This document shows positions 1 through 8,488 of a stretch of 64,000 nucleotides of DNA, one piece after another. The DNA is from a bacterium (lineage in GTDB: Bacteria > Acidobacteriota > Blastocatellia > HR10): the NCBI GenBank assembly GCA_041640655.1, contig JBEPZV010000008.1, positions 18,512 through 82,511 on the forward strand, in the 5' to 3' direction. The notes under the pieces are model-generated. The model worked only from the letters and a program-made list of their open reading frames with translations, did no database searches and was not told where the DNA came from. The translations under genes were made by a program, and so were the position numbers. Each line of letters begins with the position of its first letter. Within the stretch, counting starts at the first letter, position 1.

Positions 1-383
1 ACCAGGTTGAACGCCTGAAAGACGAATCCAATCCGCCGATTGCGAATGTCGGCCAGCTCGTTCTTGGAGAGCGTCGAGACGTCCACGCCCTCCAAGAAGT
101 ACCGTCCGCGCGTCGGGCGATCCAAGCACCCCAGGATGTTCATCAGTGTGGATTTCCCCGATCCGGATGGCCCCATGATCGCCACGAACTCCCCGCGCTC
201 GATCACCAGCGAGACCCCCCGCAGCGCGTGAACCTCGACCTCGCCCGTGTTGTACACCTTATGCACCCGCTCCAGACGAATGACCTGATTCGGCGCGTAC
301 GGGGGCAGCCGCACGCTGCTCTCATCCTCTTTGCGATGCCAAATCTCTTTCTGGACCGTCTCGACCAAGCTCTCCCTCCTCAT
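1..383 (-). CDS. ABC transporter ATP-binding protein, MacB/LolD family (N-terminal part; runs off window start)
   Basis: Manual translation of minus strand: [58 protein letters not shown]...[10 protein letters not shown] (Walker A, Q-loop). Start ATG 383 or TTG 368 after AGGAGG. Confidence 0.9.
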   Translation of the reverse strand, partial: MRRESLVETVQKEIWHRKEDESSVRLPPYAPNQVIRLERVHKVYNTGEVEVHALRGVSLVIERGEFVAIMGPSGSGKSTLMNILGCLDRPTRGRYFLEGVDVSTLSKNELADIRNRRIGFVFQAFNL

Positions 384-442
384 GATAAGGTGGCCTCGCG
401 AGGGCTCCAGCGAGGTCCCGTGCGAACGTCCCCCTCATTCGC

Positions 443-2266
443 TCACCGGCGCATGCCGCCGCCAGCCGGCCGCGGCGGGCCGAATCCCACGGGCCGACCA
501 AATGGCGATGGCGGGCCACTCGACTGCTGCGCGGGCGCCTGCGATGTATCGCCGATGATGACCTGATCCCCCTCCTTCACCTCCCCCGTGATGACTTCCG
601 TGTAGACCCCGTCGGTGATGCCCAGGAGGACCCGCCGCGGCTCGGGCTTCTTCTGCGCCGTGAGCACCCAGACGATGGCCGGACGGACGCGACTGGTCTC
701 ACGTGGGGCCGGGAAGCGCAGCTTCTCCGCCGGATCCCACAATTGCCCCGGCGCCAGCGTCACCGAAGAAGCCGGGCCGCGTGAGCCCATCGGTCGAGCC
801 GAAGCCAATGAGGCCCCTTCACCCGCGCCACGAAAGCGCTGGAAACTCTCACGAATCTTCTGCCGCTCGGCCTCGGGCAACGCGCGCATCTTCTCCAGGA
901 GCGCGCGCCGCTCCTCGGGCGTCAAATTCGGATCGCGCAATTGCCGGACCAAAGCCGCTGCTTCCGCCGAAAGCCCGGGGATCTCCGCCGAAGCCCGACT
1001 CGGCTCGCGCGCCACCTGAGGACGCGCGCCCGACGCCCGCTCAGAACGCCCCGGAGGCGCCGATGAAGACTCAGCTCGCTTTTCCTCAGCGGATTGAGGT
1101 GGTCGAAGCGGCGGTCCCTGCCGCAAGAGCTCCATCACCCGCTCCCGCGTGACGCCCGGCGGCACATAGCGGAGCGCCGCATTCGGCACGCGCAAGACGT
1201 TCTCCCGCTGATCCACCGTGATGGTGATATTGGCTGTCATCCCCGGCTTGAGCTTCAGGTCGGGATTGTCCACGGCGATGATCACGCTGTACGTCACAAC
1301 GTTCTGCACCGTCTGCGGGTTCAGCCGAATCTCCTGAATTCGCCCGATGAACGTGTCGTTGGGATACGCGTCCACGGTGAAGCGCACATCCACGGCCTCG
1401 GAGATCTTCCCGATGTCCGCTTCATCCACATTCGCATGGACTTGCATCTTCGTCAGATCGTTGGCGATGACAAAGAGCGTGGGCGCTTGCAAGCTCGCCG
1501 CCACCGTCTGACCGACGTCCACATTGCGCGAGATGACGACCCCATCCACCGGCGAATAGATGTTCGTGTACTCCAGATTGACCTGAGCGCGATTGACCTC
1601 CGCGCGCGCCTGCTCGACCTGAGCCTTCGCCTGCTCCAGTTGCGCCTCGGTGGCGCGAATCTGCGCCCGCACCTGTTGCACCGCCGCGAGCGCCTGATTG
1701 TATCGAGCCCGCGCCGAATCGGCATTCGCCTTGGCGTTGTCGTATTCGTTCTGCGAGAGCACGCCGCTTTGCGCCAGCTCCGTATAGCGGCGCAGGATGA
1801 GATTGGCGTTCTCCATGGCGACGCGCGCGGCTTCCAGATTCGCCTCGGCCGCCGCCAGATTCGCCCGTTGCGTGTTCAACTCAGCTTCTACTGTGCGCAC
1901 CCGTGCTTCGGCCGCCGCCAGATTCGCCCGCGCGTTCTCCAACTGCGCCTCGAAATTGCGCGGATCAATCTTCGCCAGCAACTGCCCGCGCTTGACGACG
2001 GAGTTGAAATCCGCATAGAGGGCTTGAATCTGCCCGGAGACCTGACTCCCCACCTGAACCGTCACGACCGCTTGAACCGTCCCCGTCGCGTTCACGACGT
2101 TGCGCACGGGCCCGCGGTCGACAGGCGCGGTGAAGAACTCACTCGCGGCCGCCCGCTGTCGGAAGACCGTCAGCGAGAGAACCCCACCGACGACGACCAC
2201 GAGGGCCAGCACGAGAATCACCATCCGCTTTTTCGTCACCAACGCTTTCACTCTCTCCAACACCAT
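443..2266 (-). CDS. Efflux periplasmic adaptor subunit (MacA/HlyD family)
   Basis: N-terminal TM, GTVQAVVTVQVGSQVSGQI, long coiled-coil hairpin, IYSPVDGVV, VDEADIG, LKPGMTA; low-complexity C-terminal insertion. Start trimmed to MVLERV. Confidence 0.92.
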   Translation of the reverse strand: MVLERVKALVTKKRMVILVLALVVVVGGVLSLTVFRQRAAASEFFTAPVDRGPVRNVVNATGTVQAVVTVQVGSQVSGQIQALYADFNSVVKRGQLLAKIDPRNFEAQLENARANLAAAEARVRTVEAELNTQRANLAAAEANLEAARVAMENANLILRRYTELAQSGVLSQNEYDNAKANADSARARYNQALAAVQQVRAQIRATEAQLEQAKAQVEQARAEVNRAQVNLEYTNIYSPVDGVVISRNVDVGQTVAASLQAPTLFVIANDLTKMQVHANVDEADIGKISEAVDVRFTVDAYPNDTFIGRIQEIRLNPQTVQNVVTYSVIIAVDNPDLKLKPGMTANITITVDQRENVLRVPNAALRYVPPGVTRERVMELLRQGPPLRPPQSAEEKRAESSSAPPGRSERASGARPQVAREPSRASAEIPGLSAEAAALVRQLRDPNLTPEERRALLEKMRALPEAERQKIRESFQRFRGAGEGASLASARPMGSRGPASSVTLAPGQLWDPAEKLRFPAPRETSRVRPAIVWVLTAQKKPEPRRVLLGITDGVYTEVITGEVKEGDQVIIGDTSQAPAQQSSGPPSPFGRPVGFGPPRPAGGGMRR

Positions 2267-2270
2267 AGGT

Positions 2271-2693
2271 TCATTGCTCCTTCGGCCTATCTCGATGATG
2301 ACGCTCCCGCTCCTCATCCATGCGCCGCATCAGCTCATCAAATTTGGCCTGCTGCTCCGGCGTCAGCACGGCGCGCAATCGCTCGCGCGAGCGACGACGA
2401 ATCTCTTCAAATCGCGGTCGCATCTCGCTTCGAAGTTGCAGGAATTCCTGCCGCGTCTCATCGAGAATGCGTCGCACGTGCTCGGTCTGCTCCGGAGTCA
2501 GCTCCAGCTCCTTGACGAGATACTGCAGATGCCGTTCGCGCGCGCTCTCCCCGCGCGGCGGCGGCCCCGCGGAGCTCCGCCCTCGGACACTCTGCTGATA
2601 AAACTCCATCGCCAGGGCGCCCAGAGCCACTCCGAGCGCGAAGACGCCCAAGACCGTTAAGCGGGCTCGCCATGAGCCATTTCGAAACGTCAT
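2271..2693 (-). CDS. Membrane-anchored periplasmic helical protein, Spy/CpxP-like (LTPEQ repeats)
   Basis: N-terminal hydrophobic segment, two LTPEQ motifs, charged helices; lies between anti-sigma and MacA. Confidence 0.7.
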   Translation of the reverse strand: MTFRNGSWRARLTVLGVFALGVALGALAMEFYQQSVRGRSSAGPPPRGESARERHLQYLVKELELTPEQTEHVRRILDETRQEFLQLRSEMRPRFEEIRRRSRERLRAVLTPEQQAKFDELMRRMDEERERHHRDRPKEQ

Positions 2694-3184
2694 CTCGACT
2701 CCCGCGACTCGGCCACCAGAGCGCTCAAAACGCTATCCGGATTCAGCTCCTCCTCCCCGGCGAAGACCAAGCGCTCGGCTTCGGAGAAGTTCCGCTCCAT
2801 CAGTGCCGAGATGAAATCCCGGCGCCCGCCCGGAATCTGTTGATGAACGTAAATGTTCACGCCGACCAAGAGGATGAGGACGATCATCGCCACCAGGGCG
2901 ACGCTCGCCGAGAACGCTCGCACGGCTTCCCAGAAAGAGAAGACCGCGCGAGCGCGCTGCTGCCGCAGCTGCGCGCTCACACGCGCATAGAGGGAGGGGG
3001 CCGGATCAGCCGCGTCCGCTCGGGTCGCCTGCAGCAGCACGCGCTTGAGCGCCCACAAGCGCGCTTGCTCTTCGCAGCTCGGACACTGCCGGAGATGCGC
3101 CCAGATCGCCTCGCGCTCAGCGGGATCCCCGACTCCCGTCCGAGCCCACGCCCTCAGATGCCGTCGAACATCCCGGCAGGTCAT
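2690..3184 (-). CDS. Zinc-binding (zf-HC2/ZAS) transmembrane anti-sigma factor
   Basis: N-terminal Cys plus HLRQCPSC (HxxxCxxC), single TM; overlaps ECF sigma stop by 4 nt. Confidence 0.85.
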   Translation of the reverse strand: MTCRDVRRHLRAWARTGVGDPAEREAIWAHLRQCPSCEEQARLWALKRVLLQATRADAADPAPSLYARVSAQLRQQRARAVFSFWEAVRAFSASVALVAMIVLILLVGVNIYVHQQIPGGRRDFISALMERNFSEAERLVFAGEEELNPDSVLSALVAESRESR

Positions 3185-3858
3185 TTTCCCTCCGCCCTTC
3201 GGGACGGCAGCTCCTCAGCTCGCACCTTCGCCGCCGACGTGGGCCGCGCCGTCCGCAACAGGCGGCGCAACCGTTTATCCAATGCGCGACGCGCTCGGAA
3301 CAGCCGGATCTTCACCTTCGATCGGGACCAGCCCATCAGGTCGCCGATCTCGGCCGTCGAGAGCCCATCGCGCTCATACAGCAACATGACCAAACGATCC
3401 TCGGGCGAGAGCGTGGCCAACAGCTTCTCGGCCACGGCCGCCGCGTCCTCGCTCTGCTGCTGCTGCTCGAACAGTTCGAACGCCGGTTTCGCCAACGCCT
3501 CTTCCAACCACGTCCGCTCGTCCTCGGCCAGATCCGCCAAGCTGAACTCCCGCCGCCGCTTCATCCGCCGGAGCTCATCATAGCACGCATTCACCGCAAT
3601 TTTCATCAGCCACCGTTCGAAGGAGGCTCCACGCCGATATGTGTGCAGCGCCTGATAGGCCTTCAAGAACGTCTCCTGCGTGATGTCCTCTCGCACCTCC
3701 GGCTGGCGGAAGAACCGCCCGGCCACATTGTAGACAGCCCGACCGTAGCGCTTGACCAGTACTTCGAACGCCTCCGCATCGCCCGCCAGACTCCGCTCGA
3801 CCAACTCCTCGTCGTCGGGCACAAGCTCGCTCGCCGAATTGCGCGTCTCCGCCACCAC
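3181..3858 (-). CDS. ECF-type RNA polymerase sigma-70 factor
   Basis: GDAEAFEVLVKRY, EDITQETFLKAY, FERWLMKIAVNACYDELRR (region 2); GLSTAEIGDLMGWSRSKVKIRLFRAR (region 4). Confidence 0.95.
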   Translation of the reverse strand: MVAETRNSASELVPDDEELVERSLAGDAEAFEVLVKRYGRAVYNVAGRFFRQPEVREDITQETFLKAYQALHTYRRGASFERWLMKIAVNACYDELRRMKRRREFSLADLAEDERTWLEEALAKPAFELFEQQQQSEDAAAVAEKLLATLSPEDRLVMLLYERDGLSTAEIGDLMGWSRSKVKIRLFRARRALDKRLRRLLRTARPTSAAKVRAEELPSRRAEGK

Positions 3859-3899
3859 GCCCTATACAACTCGGCTTGTGCCATCTTGGTTCCCAAACC

Positions 3900-3931
3900 G
3901 TAGTACGTTGGGCCAAGAAGTCCCGGTTACG
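3900..3931 (-). promoter_or_regulatory. Putative ECF sigma-dependent autoregulatory promoter
   Basis: CGTAACCGGGACTTCTTGGCCCAACGTACTAC: AAC-type -35 and CGT-type -10; similar copy at 45806-45837. Confidence 0.7.
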
Positions 3932-3961
3932 CCCCCTTCCCCCAAGAAGGGGGGGGAACCC

Positions 3962-6652
3962 TCACGCCTGATATTCCCCCGCGATCACCGTGATGAGCCG
4001 CTCCGGATGGAAGTAGGTGCGAATCGCCGCGTTCACCTCGTCTGGCGTGAGCGCGCGGACGTCGTCCGGGAGGCGATCGAGATAAGAGGGTCCGAACCCG
4101 AAGACCTCGGCCAGAAGCAACTGCGCCGCAATCCCGGCGTTGGTCCCCAGCCCGACCAGAAACGATCCCACGAAGGCCGACTTCTCATCCTCCAGTTCCT
4201 GCCGTGTGATCCCTTCGGCCACATAGCGGGTGAGCACGTCCAGCGTGGACGCCACAGCGCGCTCCACGTTCTCGGGATTGACCGTCACACTCACCGCCCA
4301 CGGTCCGTCCAGGAAGCTCGGCTCAAAAAAGCGCGAGACGATGCCATAGGTGAGCCCCTCCTGATCTCGCACCCGCACGCCCAAGCGGGAGGAAAGGGTG
4401 GAATATCCGAGCGCCGCATTGGCAATGATCGCCGCGAGATAGTCCGGATCCGTGCGCCGCAGTCGCCCAGCATGCCCGAGGACGATGTCCACATTCGCCT
4501 TATCCGGCATGTAGACGACCTCGCGACGCGACGCCTCAGGTAAAGGCGCGCGCGGCATCCGCGCCCACAGTGCGCGCGGGTCCTCGCTCACCGCCTCGGC
4601 CCGCCAATCCCCCAACTCCCGCTCAATCTGCCGCCCGATCTCCTCGGCCCTGACGTCCCCGACGACCACCAGCACCAGATGGCGCGGGCCATAATGCGCG
4701 CGATAGAAACGGCGCACCTCCTCGACCGTCATCGCCTCCAGGCTCGCTATGCGCTCAGAGGCCGGGCGCTCATAAAACGGGCTCGATCGCTCGTAGATGA
4801 GCTGCGAGAAGCGCTCGAACGCGCGCACGCTCGTGCTCTCTTGGCTCCGCCGAATCTGACCGATCATCTGTAGCGTGAGCTTCGACAGCTCCTCCTCGGG
4901 AAAGGCCGGCTCTCGCAACACCTCGGCCAACGTCCCCAGCAAGCGCCCGACATCGTGACTGAGCGAGGTCGCGCTCGCCATGACCAAGAACCGATTCGCG
5001 CCGATATGCATCTCAGCCCCGACATCCTCAAGCCATGCGGCGATCTCCAGCTTGCTTCGCCGCTCCGTCCCACGCATCAGCATGGAGGCCGTCGCGGCCG
5101 CCACCTCTGGCCTCTCCATTGGCTCGAAGGCCCGACCCGCGAAGAGCGCCGCACGAATCTCCACCGTCGGATTCGCGTGATTCTCCAGAACCAATGCGCG
5201 AACCCCATTGGAGAGGGAGAAGCAAACCGTGCGCTCGGCAAAGGGCCGCCCATATGGAGGGTGCGCCGGATCCTCGCCCATTGCCTCCGACGGCATCGAG
5301 AAGAATGCCGGACGATGAAGCGAGGCGACGTCGCCCTTCGACGTCCCCCCTACGCTCCTCCCCGTATCCTTCGGGACGAACCACCCGACCGTGAGGTTGT
5401 CCTCATGAAGATAGGTTCGAGCGACACGCTGGACGTCCTCGGCCAAGACCCGCCGCACGTTCGGGACATACTCCACGAACCAACGCCAATCGGCGCTCGC
5501 CTCGGCCTCCCCCAAGGCGAAGGCGAAATGCAAGGCTCCATCGCGCGCGTAAAAGGTATCGGCCTCGATCTTATTCTTAGCACGCTCCAGTTCCGCCTCG
5601 TTCACCCCCTCGTCTTGCAGCCGCGCGATCTCCTCACGAATCGCCCGCTCGACCCGAGCATGTTCGACACCCGGTCGCAACAGGGCCGTGATCTCAAAAA
5701 GCCCTGGGTCCCGAAGATGCGAGGCCAACGCCCGCACACTGATGGCCAGCTCCCCATCCACAAGCCGCTGATAGAGACGCGTCGTCACTCCTCCGGCCAG
5801 AAGCCGCGCGAGCACGGCCAGCGGATAAATATCCGGGTGCCTCGCCTCCGGCGTATGATAGCCGAGCATCAGTGCACCCACCTCCCCCGCCCGCCGAATG
5901 ATGAACCGGCGCTCTCCCTCCTGAGGCGGTTCCACCGTGTACACCTCGGGGATCGGATGTGGCGAAGACGGAATCACTCCGAAATACCGATCGAGCCAAC
6001 GAAACACTTGCTCCCGATCAAAATCCCCCACCACGATCGCCGTCGCATTGTTCGGCCAGTAGAAGGTGTGGTAGAACTCCCGAAGCCGCTCCGTCGGGAC
6101 GTTCTCGACATCGCTCCGCCACCCGATCGTCGGATGATGATACGGATGCTCGCGAAAGGCCGTCGCCCATGTGTGAATCTCCAGGACATTGAGTGGATCG
6201 TTCTCCCCCCGCTCCAGCTCGTTCCGCACGACAATGCGCTCCTGCTCCCGATCCTCGTCCAGAATGAGGGCATTGCGCATGCGATCGGCTTCCAGCTGCA
6301 TGACCAGCTCCAGGTGCTCGCGGGGAACGGCCTCATAGTAGTTCGTCCGATCGAACCAGGTCGTCGCGTTGAAGGCAGCCCCGATCCGATGCAATACGGT
6401 CGCAATCGCCGTCCCCCGCCGCGCATTGAACGTTGGCGTCCCTTTGAAAAGCATGTGCTCCAGAAGATGCGTCGCACCCGTATACCCGACCGCCTCATTC
6501 CGCGATCCCACATGGTAGAGGACCATGAAGGCGACCACAGGCGCCGCTCGCTGCTCCGAGAGCAAGACCTTCATCCCATTCGACATGCGGTACTCCTCAA
6601 TCCCCCCCGATTCAGCCACAAAAACCATGCCTTCCGGTAAGCGACTCACCAT
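3962..6652 (-). CDS. M16 family zinc metallopeptidase (pitrilysin-like, fused two-half form)
   Basis: GATHLLEHMLFKGT (HxxEH), NATTWFDRTNY, second inactive half with VRDQEGLTY; SD GGAGG before ATG 6652 and TATAAT at 6687-6692. Confidence 0.93.
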   Translation of the reverse strand: MVSRLPEGMVFVAESGGIEEYRMSNGMKVLLSEQRAAPVVAFMVLYHVGSRNEAVGYTGATHLLEHMLFKGTPTFNARRGTAIATVLHRIGAAFNATTWFDRTNYYEAVPREHLELVMQLEADRMRNALILDEDREQERIVVRNELERGENDPLNVLEIHTWATAFREHPYHHPTIGWRSDVENVPTERLREFYHTFYWPNNATAIVVGDFDREQVFRWLDRYFGVIPSSPHPIPEVYTVEPPQEGERRFIIRRAGEVGALMLGYHTPEARHPDIYPLAVLARLLAGGVTTRLYQRLVDGELAISVRALASHLRDPGLFEITALLRPGVEHARVERAIREEIARLQDEGVNEAELERAKNKIEADTFYARDGALHFAFALGEAEASADWRWFVEYVPNVRRVLAEDVQRVARTYLHEDNLTVGWFVPKDTGRSVGGTSKGDVASLHRPAFFSMPSEAMGEDPAHPPYGRPFAERTVCFSLSNGVRALVLENHANPTVEIRAALFAGRAFEPMERPEVAAATASMLMRGTERRSKLEIAAWLEDVGAEMHIGANRFLVMASATSLSHDVGRLLGTLAEVLREPAFPEEELSKLTLQMIGQIRRSQESTSVRAFERFSQLIYERSSPFYERPASERIASLEAMTVEEVRRFYRAHYGPRHLVLVVVGDVRAEEIGRQIERELGDWRAEAVSEDPRALWARMPRAPLPEASRREVVYMPDKANVDIVLGHAGRLRRTDPDYLAAIIANAALGYSTLSSRLGVRVRDQEGLTYGIVSRFFEPSFLDGPWAVSVTVNPENVERAVASTLDVLTRYVAEGITRQELEDEKSAFVGSFLVGLGTNAGIAAQLLLAEVFGFGPSYLDRLPDDVRALTPDEVNAAIRTYFHPERLITVIAGEYQA

Positions 6653-6793
6653 CGGCACCTCCCCATAGTGCGGTTTAAGAGGGGAGATTATAGGCGAGAC
6701 CAAGGAAAAAACTGAAGCCCACCGCTCACGGTCTTTAACTCGACCGATGGCTCAGGGCCATGAACGGGACGTAACCATCCATTCAGCTCACAG

Positions 6794-6823
6794 AAAAAAA
6801 CCCTGAGCCGAACCGGCTCAGGG
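6794..6823 (-). terminator. Intrinsic terminator of the cold-shock gene
   Basis: 10-bp perfect stem CCCTGAGCCG/CGGCTCAGGG, 3-nt loop, followed by T7 on the minus strand. Confidence 0.85.
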
Positions 6824-6843
6824 CCAAGGAAAGATGCGGAGCC

Positions 6844-7050
6844 TTACCTCAGCCGCTCCACGTTCTCAGCCTGCAAGCCCTTCGGCCCGCGCACGACGTC
6901 AAAGGTCACGATCTCTCCCTCCTCAAGGGATCGAAATCCCTCGGCCTTGATCGCCGTGTAGTGGACGAAGACATCGCCACCTTCCTGACGCTCGATGAAC
7001 CCATACCCTTTCTTATTGTTGAACCATTTGACGCGCCCTGTTTCTCGCAT
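6844..7050 (-). CDS. csp: Cold-shock protein (CspA family)
   Basis: [19 protein letters not shown]...DVFVHY...[10 protein letters not shown] (RNP1/RNP2), 68 aa, SD AAGGAG. Confidence 0.96.
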   Translation of the reverse strand: MRETGRVKWFNNKKGYGFIERQEGGDVFVHYTAIKAEGFRSLEEGEIVTFDVVRGPKGLQAENVERLR

Positions 7051-7165
7051 CGCTTGCCTCTCACTCCTTTCCCAAAATTTTCCATTGCTCCCGCGGCTCC
7101 CCAACTCCCACCATGAGGCGGAACCTCACAGGGGTTTCCGGAGCCCCTCCGAAGCAACGGCCAAG

Positions 7166-7194
7166 AGCCTACAGAAAAACTGGCCGAAAGTCAA
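7166..7194 (-). promoter_or_regulatory. Sigma-70 promoter of csp
   Basis: TTGACT-17-TAGGCT on minus strand, giving a ~110-nt 5' UTR. Confidence 0.65.
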
Positions 7195-7330
7195 CCGACA
7201 ATCCCTTCCCAGCAGGGCGCACATGACCGCGCGCCCCCTCGTCCTCCGAATATCCTCCCGGTCTGGCCTGGAGTCGTACCTCTCGCTTCAATTCACATAG
7301 ATAATCTGACGGCCACGTAAAATTTGAAGC

Positions 7331-7358
7331 TTGACTTTCTGATCAATAATAGTATACT
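7331..7358 (+). promoter_or_regulatory. Sigma-70 promoter of HTH gene
   Basis: TTGACT-16-TATACT in an AT-rich stretch; SD GAGGAGG at 7403-7409. Confidence 0.65.
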
Positions 7359-7415
7359 ATGCCTTTGTGCTCGATCATGAACTAAACGAAACTAAATAAT
7401 CGAGGAGGTCAAGCA

Positions 7416-7823
7416 ATGACACCGACTTTCGCCCGGCAACCGCTTCCTGAGGAGCGGAGGATATTAGAGGAGTGGATCAAGAATCCCCCATCGCGAGACC
7501 ATTACCTCCGAGCCCGGATTGTGCTGCTTTCGGCCGATGGGCTTTCGGCACCGGATATTGCGCGGCGGATCGGGCGGCACGAGAGCCGCGTTCGGATGTG
7601 GATCCGGCAATTCAACAGATTCGGGATCGAAGGCCTTCAAGGCGGCAAACCATCTCAGGCCAAAGTCGAGAAGGCTCCGATCCACAGCACGGGGTCTGCG
7701 AGCCCGGAGTCGGAGACTGGCGCTCCCCCGTATCGGAGCAATGGGCGTCAACGTCACCGACGGGCCTCAGAAGCTGAGCGATGGACGATCTGCCCCATCC
7801 CCGAGCGCGCCGAAGGAGAATAA
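7416..7823 (+). CDS. Helix-turn-helix protein resembling the IS630/Tc1 transposase N-terminal DNA-binding domain, no DDE domain
   Basis: RARIVLLSADG..APDIARRIG....VRMWIRQFNRFGIEGL pattern, then low-complexity tail. Confidence 0.7.
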   Translation: MTPTFARQPLPEERRILEEWIKNPPSRDHYLRARIVLLSADGLSAPDIARRIGRHESRVRMWIRQFNRFGIEGLQGGKPSQAKVEKAPIHSTGSASPESETGAPPYRSNGRQRHRRASEAERWTICPIPERAEGE

Positions 7824-8036
7824 CAGGTCGAGAGCGGCCTCCCGACGCACCTGGAACGGGGTTGAGGCGGTCGTCTCCACCTGGTCTGGGTGGAGCGAAG
7901 GCCTTCGGCTCACTTGGAAAAACCTTGGGGATTTTTCGCCTCCTTGATATATAATCCGCGTGGTCGAAAGTCGGCGATGCCATGGGGCTTCTGCAGCGTA
8001 TCGGACAGAACGCAGAAGCCCCTCAAGGAGGCGATT

Positions 8037-8384
8037 ATGAAGGGGAAAGGCAGAGGATTGACGAAGATGGAACTGGCCGAGCATTTGGCGCAAAAGTTCG
8101 AGCTGCGCAAGGCAACGGCTCGCCGGATCTTGGAAGAGCTTGAGACGCTGGCGGCCGAGCAGGTGAAGACGACGGGGATCTTCTCTCTCCCGGGGATTGG
8201 GAAGCTCATCCTCTCGCAGCGGAAGGCGCGCACAGGGCGGCATCCGAAGACGGGAGAGCCGATTGAGATCCCGGCCCGAGCTGTCTTGAAGTTCCGCATC
8301 GCGAAGACGTTGAAGACGGCCATCTTGAGCGCCTCGGGCGAACCGCGTCGAGAGGAATCGGCCGAAGCGCCGTCCTCGGCCTAG
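8037..8384 (+). CDS. HU/IHF family DNA-binding protein
   Basis: LTKMELAEHLAQK...LPGIGKL...RKARTGRHPKTGEPIEIPARAVLKFR; SD AAGGAGG; 11-bp perfect hairpin 7984-8022 in leader. Confidence 0.92.
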   Translation: MKGKGRGLTKMELAEHLAQKFELRKATARRILEELETLAAEQVKTTGIFSLPGIGKLILSQRKARTGRHPKTGEPIEIPARAVLKFRIAKTLKTAILSASGEPRREESAEAPSSA

Positions 8385-8488
8385 CTCGGGCGCCGTGCTA
8401 CTTGCGGTCGAGAAAGTTTTCAAACTTTTTCGACCCGCTTCTCGTCTCTCTAAGCGAGCGTGGTGAGGTCAGGTTTGAGGAGGACGTT

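Noticed and set aside
6770..6800. Third copy of the ECF promoter (CGTAACC at 6770)
   Set aside because: No AACGT -10 box at the required spacing and no downstream gene on that strand
7416..7823. Active IS630 element
   Set aside because: No DDE catalytic region or terminal inverted repeats seen; the next gene is HU
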